NCBI GenBank assembly: GCA_031423975.1
Contig: JANPGQ010000311.1
Coordinates: forward strand, 1-38,551
DNA: 38,551 nucleotides
Source of the DNA: Cytophagales bacterium
GTDB taxonomy: Bacteria > Bacteroidota > Bacteroidia > Cytophagales > Spirosomataceae
Reading direction: 5' to 3'
Part shown: positions 37,939-38,551 of the stretch, piece after piece
How the letters are laid out: every line of letters begins with the position of its first letter
Position numbering within the stretch: the stretch's first letter is position 1
Notes under the pieces: model-generated
The model's database searches: none
Seen by the model: only the letters and a program-made list of their open reading frames with translations
What the model was told of the DNA's origin: nothing
Translations under genes and position numbers: made by a program

Positions 37939-38361
37939 ATGATGAAAAAATTAGCTATTTATATGCTCAAAAGGGGGCTATATTACAGTCTTAAATACAA
38001 CGTTAAGCCTACAATTCAAGATCATTATGATGAAGCAAAAATTAGAGTCTCTTATATAATTTCTTTATCTTTTATATTTTTTCCAATTATGGGAATAATA
38101 ATGTTAAGTCTAAAATTATTGAGAATCTACAAAACAATATCTAATTCAGTTGCAATTATTGCAGCTATTACTTCAATATTTTTAGTCTTAAATCCAGTTC
38201 AAAAATTCTTAGATAGCATTCCAATTTCTGAAATTCAAGAAAATAGTATTGGTGTACAAAAGAGGTTGGGAAATAATTATATTTGGATGGTTTTATCAAT
38301 TTTGATATTTACTGGCACATATTTTTACTTAATTAGGGTAATATATTTATGCTTCAAATGA
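37939..38361 (+). CDS. Hypothetical membrane protein (~3 TM helices), very AT-rich
   Basis: 140-aa ORF with three hydrophobic stretches that fills the gap between conserved genes. No family recognised. Confidence 0.55.
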   Translation: MMKKLAIYMLKRGLYYSLKYNVKPTIQDHYDEAKIRVSYIISLSFIFFPIMGIIMLSLKLLRIYKTISNSVAIIAAITSIFLVLNPVQKFLDSIPISEIQENSIGVQKRLGNNYIWMVLSILIFTGTYFYLIRVIYLCFK

Positions 38362-38390
38362 ACTCATTAATGTTAAACACATTTTAAAAA

Positions 38391-38551
38391 ATGGACTTCG
38401 GTAAACTTCCCATACATGAGGTAGAAAAGGTAGATTTCACCTTGAAACCCGATAATATTTTTAATGAAAAGGTTTTAAAAAATACTTTAAAAGTACCGCT
38501 CATCAATGTCGGTTGCCCCGTTTGGTCGAATAAAGATTGGCTGGGTAAAAT
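38391..38551 (+). CDS. DUF72 (YecE-like) protein, 3'-truncated by the window edge
   Basis: Not in the ORF track. Manual translation gives MDFGKLPIHEVEKVDFTLKPDNIFNEKVLKNTLKVPLINVGCPVWSNKDWLGK, resembling the Bacteroidota DUF72 N-terminus (MxFGK..DF.L..D...VGC..W...W.G). Confidence 0.7.
   Translation, partial: MDFGKLPIHEVEKVDFTLKPDNIFNEKVLKNTLKVPLINVGCPVWSNKDWLGK

Overview
Bacteroidota DNA, most consistent with a Cytophagales/Spirosomataceae-like genome (inferred from TAnnTTTG promoters, A-x-A/Q signal peptides and T9SS genes). Left flank: a PIN/VapC toxin gene with an in-frame stop, comM, a frameshifted TetR gene and a fatty acid hydroxylase. Right flank: hemE, a lamin-tail T9SS protein, kdsC, a DUF5117/DUF4953 metalloprotease, an AT-rich orphan and a partial DUF72 gene. 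The core is a ~28 kb minus-strand cluster (31465->3526): five secreted Ig-repeat or adaptor proteins (854, ~4313, 2163, 304 and 810 aa), a PorP/SprF-family gene and a small beta-barrel. Only the 304-aa protein has a recognisable T9SS signal (type B CTD). Three proteins share an N-terminal cohesin-like domain, and the two giants share a C-terminal dockerin-like tail. The 2163-aa protein carries both. This suggests (inference) a cellulosome-like adhesin assembly anchored by the T9SS: anchor, extendable stalk and variable tip. Every intergenic gap between the five secreted-protein genes and porP, and the cluster leader, has a hairpin. A REP-like doublet occurs both intergenically and at the 5' end of the giant adhesin gene. 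No rRNA, tRNA, CRISPR array or transposase was seen.
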